Assembly (NCBI GenBank): GCA_000934665.2
Contig: JYFJ02002195.1
Location: 1 to 64,000 of the forward strand
From: Catajapyx aquilonaris
Lineage: Eukaryota
Length of the DNA: 64,000 nt
Direction of reading: 5' to 3'
Shown: positions 13,501 through 27,776 of the stretch, one piece after another
Position numbering within the stretch: the first letter of the stretch is position 1
Layout of the letters: each line of letters begins with the position of its first letter
Notes under the pieces: model-generated
The model's database searches: none
Seen by the model: the letters and a program-made list of their open reading frames with translations, nothing else
Told to the model about the DNA's origin: nothing
Translations under genes and position numbers: made by a program

Positions 13501-16500
13501 GTGGCCCCCATGTTATTGTACGGGGAAACTTCATTAGGACAAGGTAACCAGGACTTGGGACATCGCTAGTCAAAACACCCCCCGATATTACCAACCCACG
13601 ACTTTTTTTTTTTCAAAAATAAGAAAAAAAAGGTCGTAACCTTTCTAACCTCCCCCAGCATCGCAAGCGTGCGACAGAGGCAAAACCCTAGCGACTAATG
13701 TTATTCATGGCCCCCTCTCCCTGGTGAAGTGCTATTCCACATTAGGGCCTAGTGTAAGGGAGCTTGTATGGCGGGCTCGGCGGGGCCCCCAAGTGTCTTC
13801 CATTTCCATTAGGCGGCGCGCTTGTCGCCCAAAACGTCCCAGCTGCATTTCTCCCATCCATTTCCTCCCCGTCCACCTTCAAGGGGACTACTTACAGTAT
13901 GTGTATCCAGTCACCACCTACTACTAGAAACAGTGATTTTTTACAGATTCTTAATATATGACACTTCTTATTTGATATTTGTATGTGGCCGATGGATGAC
14001 GTCATGTAGGCCATATCCGAGATATCACTCATGGTCGCAGGATGCATTGTGAGAGTGCACTTGGCAGGCAATGGCCCCTGTCCCCTCCCGAGACTTTCAA
14101 GTTGGCGAGGATGGAGGAGGGAGGGCCAAGAGTGCTAAAGCGCCGTCACTCCCCCGCCCCGAATAATGAATAGATTGCCCCTCCGAGTGAAGATTTACCC
14201 AGTAGCTACACTGCGGGGCGTGTACTTTCATTTGTCCTGGCCGCCTGCAAAAAGAAGGCCATGCTGCAGCCTAATCCCCAACAGAGCAGGAAAGCCAACC
14301 GACCGACAGGACACCTCAAAATTATGCCGCCAATGAGTGTCTTGTGCAAATAACAACAAAAATATCCTGATGTCACCCCCTTTGTTGCGTCTGCCCCCAG
14401 AAGCGCAGTTGGCAACCCTGAAGAGAGCAGCAGCGATCATGGTGACAATAGGCAAGTGTCTGCGGGGACATGGCATGGGGATGGCCATTATTAGCCACCT
14501 TATTACTCAGGCCATGGAGAGGGAGAGTGGTCTAATGCCGGCCTGAGGAGTTGCTAATCAAAAGTGGGGTCATGGACAGGGAGGGAGAGGGAGTGAGTGC
14601 CAACGAGATCTAAATGCCCGGGGGCACATACAAAAAGTGGGGGAGGGCTGGAGTTCGCCTCGGGGATGCCTAGAGTTGAATGAAACCTACTCTCTTGAGG
14701 TGTAGGGTGTGAGAGAAAAGAGAGAAAAAAAGAATAGGGAGGAATCTAGCCAGTGTCCCCGCAGGACAAAAGCTTGCTGTCAATTTCGCTTCCCCGGGCC
14801 TTCTGCCACGCTCATATCCAGCAGCCTCAGGAGATGGAATGCCAGCCTCCATGCAGCACACTCTCTAAGCCATACGGTCCACAATCAACCGTACACCGAC
14901 AAATAGACAAATCTATGGGAATCCATAGATATACGAGGTCGTAGGTCCAAGAAAATTTTCTCTGGCAGCCGTATTAAATCAGGCCTTTCGCAAGAAGCAT
15001 TCATTATTTTCAGCCATGTCCACGAATACTCTTGCTGTCATTTGAACCTCCCTTGAACAAACTCATTGACGTAATCAATAGAATCCCTATAAATATTAGC
15101 ACCCGTTTCCAAAATAAAAAGGCGAAACACGCACCTAATCTGTCTCAGCTGTCTCACGACAAAACAAACAATACCACCCCCTTGCACGCACATTTACTCA
15201 ACTCAACTGTAGCTACAAAACAGAACTGTCCAAAATCGTAAATTTCTGTATATCGGCCCCACTCACATAGATGTCGCATCCTCCCTCTCTGCACACTACT
15301 GCCACTGTGCTTGTGGTAGTGGTACTACATGCACCTACCCCGGACAAACAGAGGCACAGACGCCAATTCTAATATTATGATGCCAGTGCCATAATCAGAC
15401 TGGAAAGTGGATATGAACCTTCAAATAGGGGTTGAGGGTTGAAATGCACAATATGGCCTGAGAATAGTGGAGACACGCGTCAGTTGCATGCCAGGAGGGG
15501 GCCAAAGGAATTGAGAGTGGACACGGGTTATAGTCCTCTTTGGAGCGGAGGAATGCGGGCTATGTGTGTGGGAGGTCTAAAAAGGGGAACCCTGCGGCTG
15601 ATATTATGAGTTAGGTGCCGTTTATTCGCGGGACCCCAAGCCGGATGATGACCATCGTGATGAGGGCCTTTCCATTCTCCGGGCTCAGGAACGGCAAAAA
15701 TCCGGTAAGGTTTGTGCCCACCGCTTGACCTTTCATTACATTATATAGTCCAGCTTGGTCTGGCGCCACCAGACTCCGTAAGCTCCATTTTTACCCCCAT
15801 TTGCAGGAAAATGCATTGTTGCAGTTTGACGCCCATTGTCACTAATTGCAACACTGTACGACTAAAACAGCAAAAGAACCGCTTCTTGCCCCCCCCCCCC
15901 CAGATATATTTTTTTACTACGCCATAACTCCCGTTTCTCCCCCAACAAAATGGGCAGTGAAAACGCAGCTTTGACAGGACATATTATTTAAGCCGCCTTA
16001 AACAACGTTCTACAAGTCCTTAATGCGCCATTAAAAATTATCCTCTCCCTCTATAAGTCAACATTTTCAGGTGGAAGGTGTCTTGTTAGAACCATTACTC
16101 GGGCTTCTAAAAAGACGGTTAGAATGACGAGGCTTAATTGCACCTTCATGTCATCACTTTTGGGTTGCTTCTTTTAGCTGGATGCAGCAGACTCGTAGCC
16201 CGCGGTGCAAATTGTTATGTTGATTAAGAGAACGTTGGCGTAATAGATATGAATCAAAACTGGAAGCAGGAAGCCTTTTGAACCAGGTTTTAAGCCATGT
16301 CCTAGCTGGAGGGCCAGGTGCGGGCCTCCTAATTTCACGGTGATCCACGTACACGATTGGGTGCTCTGATAAGCCCCCACCGGGATCCTCTGCTTTATTA
16401 TTATCCGTCATAACTGTTGACAAACTTACGACTTAACAGCAGACTTACTGCTGTGCCCCACGGTGCATTTCTGCAGACCGGCCATTCATACGTGTCTCAT

Positions 16501-19500
16501 TTTACAAGGGGAGGAGACAACCGTTTATTCCGTCGGAAGCCGCATATAACCAAACACCGCTCGGCACCTTGTCTCGAGGTGCTTCATGACCATATTTTGG
16601 TCTCCGCCACCTTTTTTTTTTTTTTTGAGAACATCTGCTTGTTCGACTGATAGCATATTTGTAACAATTATAATGCGGGTGTTACACACCTTGGGGCTTG
16701 CGAGTGCGAATAATTTAATATGCGATGTTTAGGCTTGACTGACAGCTGTCATGATTTGTCCCGATGGCAATGAAGACGTTGGAAACAAGCCTTGAGCTGT
16801 GCATGAACAGTGCATATGCGATGATGCCATTGGTCAAAATGATTAATTCCTATCCTATCATAAAAACAATTGACACCAGCCCATATGAATCATTGTTTGT
16901 ACTAATCCCTATGAGAACCCTTGTGCTGCACGAGTTTCCATATTTGCCCCCTACTTTGAAAATTGCGTTTCAAGCAAGAAATAAAAAAATTCCCAGTAGG
17001 TTACCTTATCATCACCCAACTTCTACCCCTTTTTTTGCCCTCCCCTATTTTTTTCCAAATCCCCTGGCGCACATATTCCATTATATGCAAATCGTGTCAG
17101 ATTCCGCATAACATTTCGCTCGCTTGTCCTGCGCCGCTTTGATATTATTCACCACCATCTTTTCAGATGAGACTCGGAGAGAGAGAAAAAAGTAGGGGGT
17201 GGAGAGTAGGGGAGGGGAAAGGGATACCTTGGAAAATGAAAGGATGAGAGAAGTGTTGAAGGGAAAGCAACCATTCCTTTAATTACAGCCATCTCATAAA
17301 CGAAAGGAATGATATTCGGCGCCCATTAAAAGCGCCACTGCTGGCGGCTCTTGTCTGAGGGTGGAAAGAAGAAGAAGAGAAAAAAGCCGGCAACTTTTAG
17401 CTCTCGACAAAAGGGACCCCCTGGGTTGTTCAAATAAAAATCCTCCATTTCCCCCCACTCCCACCCCGCCTTCCCCCTACTCATCCCCATTCGGCTTCCT
17501 TTAACTTTATGGTCCTTAAGTGGAGAGAACCCTGGGCTCAGCATAGGCTTTTTCCCGGCCTTTATGAGCCAAAGGCCGGACTTTGCTCCCAAGACATGTG
17601 TAGTGACACCGATGCCATTTGCTGACTCTCATGCAAAAAATGAGACAAACCCTCCCATTTTCCCTTTTTTAAAAAAAATCCTTGTTTAGTATGATATACA
17701 CTTCTGGCACCAAGCACAGGTAAGAGATGTTTACGTGCAATAACAATCTCACTTGCGGATAATCGAGTATAACACGAATAAATGGTTAATGTGTAGGGGC
17801 GATTTTGGCGATTCGTGGGTGGCACAATGGATGTCATGCAGCATGTGAGCAAAAGGTGCGTGCTTGCCCGGCCGAAATGAATTATCCGGGGAAGGTCCGG
17901 TCGTAAAAAGGGGCAGGAAGGCCACCGAGGAATACGTGATATCTCACACTTGTTTGGCGGTTGTAAACAAGTCGACTGGAGAGAAGTTTCGCCTTTTTCT
18001 GTCTTCCCCCACCACCACCCACCGCCTCATCTAACAACAATTGTGCTCACTGTATGATGATGCCGCCCGTCTTCGTGTGGGGGCCAACAAACCCTCAATT
18101 TTTTGGGTCAATATCCGGCAAATGGCAGGCCTTCAATTGCATTTCTTTCAGATATTTTTTGTGCGTGCGCCTTGTACACCATGCGCAGGATGCATCCTGT
18201 GAAAAGTCGGGAGGTTCGAATTTTCTCCTGGCAGTTACAGCAATTTGCCAGCTGGGGTGAGGTAACACTACCAGTTCATTACCCGACAACATTTCCAACC
18301 TGCGGAGGCAGGACAATAAAAGTTTACAACATTTTTTTTCTGTACGATCTCCCCCACCACATTTCTTCCATTACCACAGCTCGCATGCTACAGGGTGTCA
18401 AAGTTACGATGATCGAGCCAAAAAATTTCGGACCGTAAATTTTGATTTGAAAACTAGAGCTTGTTAATTGGAGGTTGACCGTCAGGATGGGGCTGTCAAG
18501 AAGTTGATATCCCGTCAGGTGGTATCAACTGACTTCATCTCTTAGAGAACTTCCCCTTCCAAACCTCCATTTCCATGGGCAGGTGAGGAAACACGTGTTA
18601 CCTTCTGACAGGAATGTGACCCCATCCGCCTCAAGTATCTTTTACCTTATACCAACACCTTTTTCCTACAAAACTACGCAATTCTACATATCCTTCACCT
18701 GCTGCTGCTGCTTGGAGAAAATTTGCATACCTGCCAATACGCACCTGCGTGTAGAGAACCAACTGCGAAGCTATGCCTAACTTCTCATGGTCGTATATCA
18801 AGCAGCTGCCAATGTTTCGCCTAGAACACTGCAGTATTTCAATGCTGTCATCAAACAGCAAACAGTCGTCTGGGTGGCAAGTCTTCAGTAGGTCAGGTGA
18901 TTCGACAATTAGGGATTATCTGTGCTCAATCAGGTAAATAAATAACCAATAATTTTATAACACCTTCAGCTTGCTGTGGAATTCTTGCAACCCTTATTAT
19001 CATTATTTCCTATAGTGCCATACTACAATTATGAAGGCTATGGACGTAAATGTCTATCTTCATTGCTCCGATAATAGTATCGGCATGTTCCACATAGTTA
19101 CGACTGTCAAACGGTTAACCTTCATCGTGGAATCCTTCATGATGTGCGTAAAACAACGTCGACAAATAGCAAATGCATGCCATCAGGACACGTCATTAGA
19201 ATTTCCCGCAGTTGTAATATTGATTTAACTATAGATATGCTGACGTCACAACCCTTTCATTGTCAGTTTCAGTGTTGACACTAACAACAATCGACAATCA
19301 TTGTCCAATTATTGTGACACTTTCTTATACAAAATATAGGCCTATACACGATGAAATGTGCACCCAACAGATTTTTGGCTGGCTCTCTATTATGCAAAAT
19401 GGCTTACGAGACACAAAATTTCTCCCCAGGTAAAGGACAGCCCCTCTGACGCACAGCCAACTTTTTAAATAATTAACGCTACTAATCCGGCCATTAAAGC

Positions 19501-22500
19501 CCCGTTCCAATGTGAGGGATAATTTTAAACTCGGTGTTGCAAATGAAATGTTCTTTTTATAATATAAAATTCCTTCTGGCCAGGTAAAATGGGCACAAAA
19601 AAGTGTGGTCAGATGGTACCAGGTCATCAGCTTGACAGTCCACCGTTGCTAAAAGTGTGACACATTTTTATGTTTCGGGGTCTTCCTTCGCTTGTCTCCA
19701 GTCACGCCCATGTCTACCCTCTCCTTGTATCGAAAAAGGGTCAGAAAAAAAATATCCATGGCCATTATTAGCCTTTTATAGCCCTGCCATTTTGCTAAGT
19801 CCTCTTTGTTTTTCCCCATGTTCCATTCCATCAACCCTGGAGAAAACCGGGTATATATATATATACACACTGGCCTTCCACATTCCAGTCAGGATTTTCA
19901 TGCAAGACTACCTTCTTCAAAAATTCATCCAGCCTTTTTTTTTTTTTAAAAAAAGGGTCAACTTACTCCACTCTTACTGAACTAACCCTGGCATGTCCTC
20001 ACAATCCTCGAGTCCAGCACTTATGCACAGCTTCCTCGGGGCTACTTAACCAGCTAACTAAGCGGCTTTTTAAGGACAGGTTCAAAATGTCTGGTAGGTC
20101 TCAACCCCAAAAACTCGCCGCCCTTTATTCCCGCTCACTTCCACTTATTTATGGGTCTTCCAGCTGTCTGGCCACTTTTTTTTGTCTTAAGAATCCCCCC
20201 ACCATCTTACCTGTGCTTTTAACCGCCAGGTAAAAATGGAGGAGGTTAGAGGGTCAAGGCTGGGAGGTCAGTGCGTGACCCCAATGGACTAAAAGGTCAA
20301 CACGTGCAGCACCTGCATGATGTGTAGCATGTGAACCAAACATTTCTTGTGAATCGCACTGCAAAATTGCTGCGAATTACCAATGTATGCTCCTTATATT
20401 AGGCATGGATTTCGTGATAAACAACAGGATGTTGCGATTCGCATTAAAATTCTGCAAATTTTTAAATGTTTAACCGGCAAAGAGCAAATTATTCATCACC
20501 ACCTGGCAGTCCACCAAATGGGCAAAAATTGTTTTTCTGCACATGGTGCTCGGATGCCAATCATACACACATGCTTGAAATGAGCCATATTCATGCAATT
20601 AGAAACAAAATAGTGAGCCAGTTACAGGTCAGTATCTACCACAAGTTGAGCATAAAAGACGATGGGTTAATTACACGTATATGAATGGTGTGTCGGTACC
20701 TCTTAAAACAAACCCACATGGCCGTAACGTAAATGATTCGAAGTAGAGATCCACAGATTTGGGTGGAGAGTCAAGAGCCACTTAGTTTTCTCCCCGGGTC
20801 CAAACCTCCAGCTATACAAGGACTAACTTTAATGGCTCCTGGCAGGAAATTTACGCGCTGTTTTTGTTGGTTTTAGGGAGCAGGTGAAAACCCTCATTAC
20901 AGGGCGCTAAGCATAGCTTCCAGAGCCATAATAGCACACAGCCGGACCATTTACATGCAGCCAGTGGAAAAAGAGGAGGATGGAGGGGAGGAGATGGAGT
21001 TTGGGAAGCCTTAGTATGAGGGGAGGCTTTTCCCAGACTTCCATTTGAATTATTAGCCTATCTGACGGCAGATCCTCGATTATACTGGGGGTTGAAAATG
21101 GGGGAGACCTCTTTTCTGGCGGAACAATTTGCTGCCGACTTGCTTCTTCTCTTCCACTCCACTTACCACTTTTTTTTTGAACTGGTAAGGTAAGAGTTCA
21201 CACGTACGGATGTTATATGATCAATGATATCCCTGAGCAGTGTTTCATTATTATCTCCAATCGGTTGAGGTGAAGCCTACCGGCTAGACACAAGGTACTC
21301 CACACCCTTTCGTATAAAAAGATTGTATATGGGCTGGATGAATTAATCTGCATCGCTTATTATATGGATAGGAACAAATGATTCACCTCCGGGGTGACAA
21401 CGTCAAAATATTCATATTTCGAAACTTTTTTGCGGCGCAAAAAATGGCGCAATATATGAGCTACTTTATTCGCTCATTTGCATATCTCAGCGATATCTGT
21501 GTAATTTTCATAATCATCCATGCCAGCCCCCCCGGGACTGAAATAATTATATGTGGTATTTTTTTTTTCCTCTCATGGCTCTTACATAAACATGAACAAG
21601 CTCTCCTGTGTAATTTTTATGTAACTCGTGCATTAATAAGAATGGAGGCTAAGTGGGTGGGTGAGACTAATTAAAGTGTCATATTTGCTCCAACAAACAC
21701 GTAGCTGCAACCATCTTAATATATGCACATGTATAACACCGATTTACATACGCGAGAATTTTAATTTCACTTCATGTGCTTTGGTTATTAGTGCCCCTTT
21801 CTTTTAAATAAACATGTCGCGTATTGTCTTACGCCGCTATAACTTAACCCGGTTTTTTTTTTGGTCAGGGGGAGCTTCCGAGCTGATAAAAAAAAAACAA
21901 GTTCGAAGCCGCAGGATGATAAATAAGCACCTTCTCCACGCTTACCCCTAATACCCGGCTCCGGGTTTAACTCATAATGGCTCATTAGTGTAGATAAAAA
22001 ACGAGGATTCTAAATATTCCACGTCGTTCAGATTAGCAACAAACATAGTGCCGAAGAATTAATTAATGTCTACCTTCCAGCAGGCGATCCTACAAATTCG
22101 CTACAAACTAGTAATTGTTGCCTCTGGTTGTTTTTTTTCATAAGTGGTCTAACCAGTTACGTGCAAAATATCAGTACATAAGATGAAATAGAATCCGGAT
22201 TTTTTTTCTTTCTTTCTTTTTAAATCCGGAGAGTATATACGTAGTGGGTGAGATCCCTGAAGGGTAGTCTTCCGGCCAGTGGTCGTGAGGAATGGCGTAC
22301 GTGATGGAAACGAGCGTTCTCCGCCAAGTTTCCGTGCAATTTGCCCCTTGATTTGGCCCGGGAGCTGCCTCTTCCCGAAGCCTACATTCATAGGAGATCA
22401 AGGGAGCATGGAAAAATGGGCCTCCCAACCCCATATCCGGGCCTTTTCAATTAGTTTCGCCAGGCCCCGTGTCGGACTCGATCTCGTTCTTGTCCTCCTC

Positions 22501-24017
22501 GTGTACTCATGTAAATTAACCCCCACGCTAACTCCTTTTCCCTCTCCCATTACCCGGGCTCACTCCAAGAACCGACACATGTTTTTATAGTCGCTTTTCT
22601 GCCGAGTTGGCTATTTCATGGGGAGATTGGGATTTAGCTGGATGGAGTTCGGGAACGGGGGAGAGGAGATGGGAACTTCCAGCTATATAGAGCAGGGAGG
22701 CTGGGAGGGAGATGGGCCTCAATGTTGCCAGAGACTCTGTTGCATTTTCAACAGAGTGACAACATTGTATGCATATCCAGTTTGCTGGGCGTGGGACTTG
22801 AGTAGTGAGCAACCCTGTGTTCCTTTTGTTCGCCTGTACAATGAAAGAGCAAATGACAAAAATTTTCCCTTATCGACACCATGTACGACCCTGGCACAGA
22901 ATGTTAACTCGATGGTACCAGTAGCTCTTCAACAAAAGGGTTACTTGTAAGGGGGCAAATATTGAATGAAACTGTTCCCACGTTAGCCAACATCTTCCCC
23001 AAGTTTCATAATCCTGGAAAACTGTAATAGTACGCTGATTTCACATACTTAAAATAGTGAAAGTGCTACTTTGTACTGACAAACTGGCTTTGTTAGTGCT
23101 CCGCCTTCAGACGCATCATTGTGGAAAGACTGGAAACCCTCTCCATCGCACGTGGACAAGAGTGTACGTACGTCCACTTGAGCCTGATTCATCTGTACCA
23201 GACGCAAGATTATCTAACCGCAGGGCAGCCGGCCCTTTTAGAGTTTCCCCAACATCGGGCCGAGAAAATAACAATAAAAATAATAGTAATAAAGGGCTGA
23301 GACGGGAGTGAGTTTGGCTCTTCCCTCCTAGTCCCCTGCAGGCAGCAAAGTGGCGAGTTGTCGGCGGGGGGAACTCGACTCAAAACCGCCTCCGACCACG
23401 AATAAAAGACTGACGGAGTGGGGCCTTTTTGGGAAGTTGAGGCAGGGCTTCCGCTTTTACCCCCCCTCAACTCGGCTTTTCAATGGATCCAATAGGAAAG
23501 TAGCTGTGACCCCCGTCATGCTCCCTGTTTCCACTGGCTCACATGCTGCGACACACATTGCTCACCACGGTCAAAAATAGTGGAGACCACCAAGAGGAAG
23601 CGAAATTGCTGGAAAGCCAAGCGAAAAGAAATGGTGCGTAATAATATATTTTTTTGGAAATGTTCAGAGAGAGATTCAATTACTGGCCATTTCTGCATCC
23701 GGGCGAGTGATGGAGGGGAGGGCGGTCGTCTTGTCATCTCCTTGTTAACCCGACCATATCCGGGCCCGAAGGGAAGAGGGGGATTGTGGGACAGTTCCGG
23801 TCATTCCCACCGCCCGGAAGAACCAGGGGAATCTCCCGCTCTTCCTGGACAAATGGCCCAATCGCCTCTTGGCTCTATAAGTCTCGTGGTCACTCAACCA
23901 GACCTATCTCGTATCTCTCCATCCACCCCACTCTAAGTTCCAGTTCTCCTAATGCTACCCACCATCATTTAGAGAAAGCTATAATTGAGGATCTTGTTAC
24001 CTTTTAAAAATATACCG

Positions 24018-24137
24018 TACACATGCGACTAGTGAACCCTGATATCAGGGTGACATTTATCCTTACACATATAGTGTACCCTGCTAATTAGGGTTCTATT
24101 GTAACATTATTGTGAACCTTGCTAATCAGGGTGACGT
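24018..24137. repeat. Degenerate ~40-bp tandem repeat (3 units), each with a palindromic core
   Basis: gtgaaccctgatatcagggtgac, gtgtaccctgctaattagggttct and gtgaaccttgctaatcagggtgac, spaced 42 and 38 bp apart. Confidence 0.75.
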
Positions 24138-24149
24138 AGAAACCTTAGA

Positions 24150-24215
24150 CACTGTACCCCCGATTATCCGGATGCGGATTATCCGTGAATGGCTAAAACA
24201 AACAAAAGTCCCAAG
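24150..24215. mobile_element. Probable isolated end of a pogo/Tigger-like MITE
   Basis: cactgtacccccgattatccg followed by a second ggattatccg and aaaagtccc; repeated subterminal motifs are typical of such ends. No matching other end was found. Confidence 0.35.
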
Positions 24216-24318
24216 AAATGTCCATTTTTCTCTCAAACAAAGACATAATACTTATAGCATACCGGTAGACTTTCATCCTTCTCCCTTCATCGCTGACTAC
24301 CCCTCATAGGGAAATGTC

Positions 24319-24363
<45 letters not shown>
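24319..24363. repeat. (TTG)n microsatellite
   Basis: Direct reading; source of the poly-L and poly-N pseudo-ORFs. Confidence 0.95.
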
Positions 24364-24364
<1 letters not shown>

Positions 24365-25135
24365 CGTCTGCTAAGAAGGGCGATTCAGCACCATCCCGCG
24401 GCAAACCGGAGAAGTGTAGCGCGCACAGTGCCGATAGGTGGCGCAGGTGTCGTGAACAGTTGCATACGGTTCGAATTCGTTCAGATTTGAATTCGCGGGC
24501 AGAGCTACGCATACTCCATTTCCCATTCCTGCCGCCAGGCGGCGAGGGTGTCATGAACAGTAGCATTACGGTTGCAACCGTATCGCCAAAATACGCATAA
24601 TGATCCGGTTCCCCTGGGGTCATCGTTCATCGGAAAAAATAATTATTGGTGTCGTTGGAATCGTATTTTTTTGCCCGATTTTTGGGGGCCAACTTGTATT
24701 TTGAGTGGAGTGTCCCTTTAAAGCAAATGCAATATGTTGTATGTAACTGGTGTCCAACAAGAATTGTCGCAGCGGCAGCGCACGAACTACAGTCTCTCGT
24801 GTCCCTGTGCTCGTAGATTGTAGTTCGTGCGCTGCCGCTGCGACAATTCTTGTTGGACTGATAGTATACTTAATCAGAGTGGCATGATAACCTAACCTGG
24901 ACAAACATACAAACTTTGCCACAAAAAAATTATGGCTCGAGTTGTCTCTGCTCCAAGCCTGGGTTACATCATCCGAGGACACCCCGACCCCTCGTTATCC
25001 GGGCGACTGGTGGAGGGCAATTTGATTAGCAGTCCCTGAAAGGCGGGAAAGAGTGGTCCGGTTGCGGCAACTGCGGTTCAATCCGGTCTTCCTTCCTGCA
25101 TCCCTCCTCCATCACCCGGCCCTTCCCTCCCTTCC

Positions 25136-25163
25136 CTTGCTTGCTTGCTTGCTTGCTTGCTTG
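25136..25163. repeat. (CTTG)n microsatellite
   Basis: Direct reading. Confidence 0.9.
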
Positions 25164-27662
25164 CTCACTCGCTTGCTCCGGAACTCAAAGCTATGGCCTC
25201 CTATTGAATCACGGAAGTCTCTGCGGGAAGGCTCCCAACTCTCTCTCCGGCAGAAACAAAGTCCGGAGGGGGCTAGACTCCAAGCCTCCCGGATAACACA
25301 AACCCGGATACAGAGTGCGGCGGAAGCGGCGCCATTACGTGGATGGATGCTCGCCCAGATAGATGGAATCGATCATCGGTTACATTATATAGATGCTGCT
25401 CTGCCAGGATGCTGGTACACACGGCCCAAAAAAATGTTTCCGACATTGATATTCAACTTCGGGTCTGCTACCTTACTCCTTTAAGTGACTGTACAGATGG
25501 CGGCGGTCTTGCCCATGTGACACTCCGGGCATTTCGTCGTCTCTCTGGTTCCCAAATTATTCCGTATTGGATTTCCCCCAAGAAGGACTGCTGCTGCCAG
25601 AGTCCCCCAAACTTTGAAGGAGATCTTATTAGCATTTCTAATGGTGTTGGCAGCTGCGACGACCCACATTGGTTCACCTTGCACCGCCTCTCTAAAACGT
25701 GGCCCAAAATTTTGCCGCTGCACAATACTACTAGACAAGAGTTCATGTACGTACGAATGAGGTCACATACACATATGCAAGGAGTCGAGTAGCGAAGCAA
25801 CAGGCTGTGTTTATTGTGCCGTCAGCATGTCTTGTATAAACAGGTGTTCCTGTCACATTTACCATTCTTACATGGATCCCTCTGGCCCTTAATTACTGTC
25901 ATTATCGTTACACTTTATATACTATGGACGAGTTGTTCTTATCGGTTTTATTATGGTTGGGTGTCATTAATGATCCGTTTTATATAAGAATGGAACATTG
26001 GGAGAAGGTTAGCCGGACACACACAGGGGAAGCGATCACAAAAAATGGACCCAGTTCATGAACACGAATTAACAGGCTCGGATTATACTTTTCTCCAATT
26101 ATGCCTTTTGAAAAGTGGTTCTTAATATTTATCCGGACACGCCGAAATATTTGAATGCCCTGTATACAATGCAGCGTGATGATATTAACACGTAATAAAT
26201 CTAGGAATTCGAATGGCCGAGATTCAATAATTGTTTCCTCCGCCGGGAAAAAAAACGAAGTAGCGATCATGTATCCGATCGTAAAAAAACATGGCAGAAA
26301 ATCTGACCGGCTCTTGCCAAACAGGTATTGTTAAGCAAACAATAATTGGAAGTGTAATTTGCAGCACTTGACACTCGATGAGCTCACGAAGCGAGAAGCC
26401 AAGCAAGGCGTTAATTCCCCCCCCCCCCTCCCCAGCCCCCCATTTTCCCCATAAAATTTATTGCCCGCGATTCCTTTCCAAATCCTGCAAAAACACATAA
26501 GCGCTTTTCTTATACGCTACAATAATTCTGCTAGAAAGTGCCGGTTCGCCACTTTTATTTCATATTATTTGTTCGCTTACTGTGATGACCAAAATGGCGA
26601 ACAGCAGGTTGGGAAGTAAATCAGTAGATGGCGCAGGCTGCTACTTCCGAAATTAGCGGCACGACATGACGGATGCCTTTTAGTATATTGCAGAGTGTAT
26701 AAAGGTGTGGCTTATATACAGCAATCTCTCCTAGCAACCCCCTCTCCGTGTGTCTCTTTTTCCAGGCAGCAATGCACACACACATTTAATAAAAGCAAAT
26801 ATGTGTTCTTGTTGAGGAGGGCGCATAAAAGGGGGATCCCAGTCCGATTAGGCCAAGTCCGGGAGGACCGCAAGAACCAGGAGTTATTGCCGCAAGGGCT
26901 CTCGGGATCTGCGCTATTACCGTGCAGCCACACTGGATTCCTCTTCCCCCTTTTCCTACCCATTACCTGCGTTACATGCTTGCCTTCCCTGGGAGGACAG
27001 GAGACACAGGGAGACACAAAGAGACGGACAAAAATTGAAACGCATATGTGAAAGTATAGGGGTGGTGAATATAATATGCATTGCCGCAACTGTGTTACAA
27101 TATCGTCATCTCGTAATGTTGCATAGTATCAATTAGTGCACGTTATTAATTTGTGTAATTGTTACAAGATAATTAATGTTACGTGGCATACATAATTGGG
27201 TTCGTGTCCAATGAGGACGTCATTTTGCATGATATTTAAAATGGGCATAACAGCATTGGGGGCAGACAATGTATATCGTAAAACATTAAAGCTGTTGCTA
27301 ACAGTTAAAACTAATTGTCAATTACGCGAAGGTCCCTGCTGTATGAGCACATATTTATCTGTTTGTCAAAGGGCACTAGATTCAAATAAATAATGAAAGT
27401 CAGGCCAGAATCACAATGATTCGACAAAAGATGCAATTTGAAATAATATATGACCCGAGGTGATTGCGCGACAATTGATCTAATTCAATATCACTTTTAG
27501 TGAACGATTTCCTTATCTATAAACCAGTTATTACACCAATACTGCCAGAAATATAACCAATCGAGCATTTGTGAATTTCGATATTTCAAGCGGACAGAAC
27601 GGAGTTTCGCATTTATATCGAGCATTTCAATGGAAAAATTCCCACTACAAACCCTGTAATGC

Positions 27663-27776
27663 CCCTTGGGTCATATCTGGCACACCATTTAGAGCAATTT
27701 GGCACTTACAGGAAATATACAAATTGCAAAAATTGCAAAAATTGCACTAAGTTGTGTGCCAGATATGACCCAGTGG
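27663..27776. mobile_element. Short hairpin element (MITE-like inverted repeat)
   Basis: Perfect 19-bp inverted repeat tgggtcatatctggcacac (27667-27685) / gtgtgccagatatgaccca (27754-27772), extending inward imperfectly to about 35 bp, with an internal aaattgcaa tandem repeat. Confidence 0.75.

Noticed and set aside
24030..24137. CRISPR-like palindromic repeats with spacers
   Set aside because: Only three degenerate units, 10-15 nt spacers that resemble each other, eukaryotic context and no cas genes.
24297..24623. Poly-Leu signal-peptide-like and poly-Asn ORFs
   Set aside because: Translations of the (TTG)n microsatellite.
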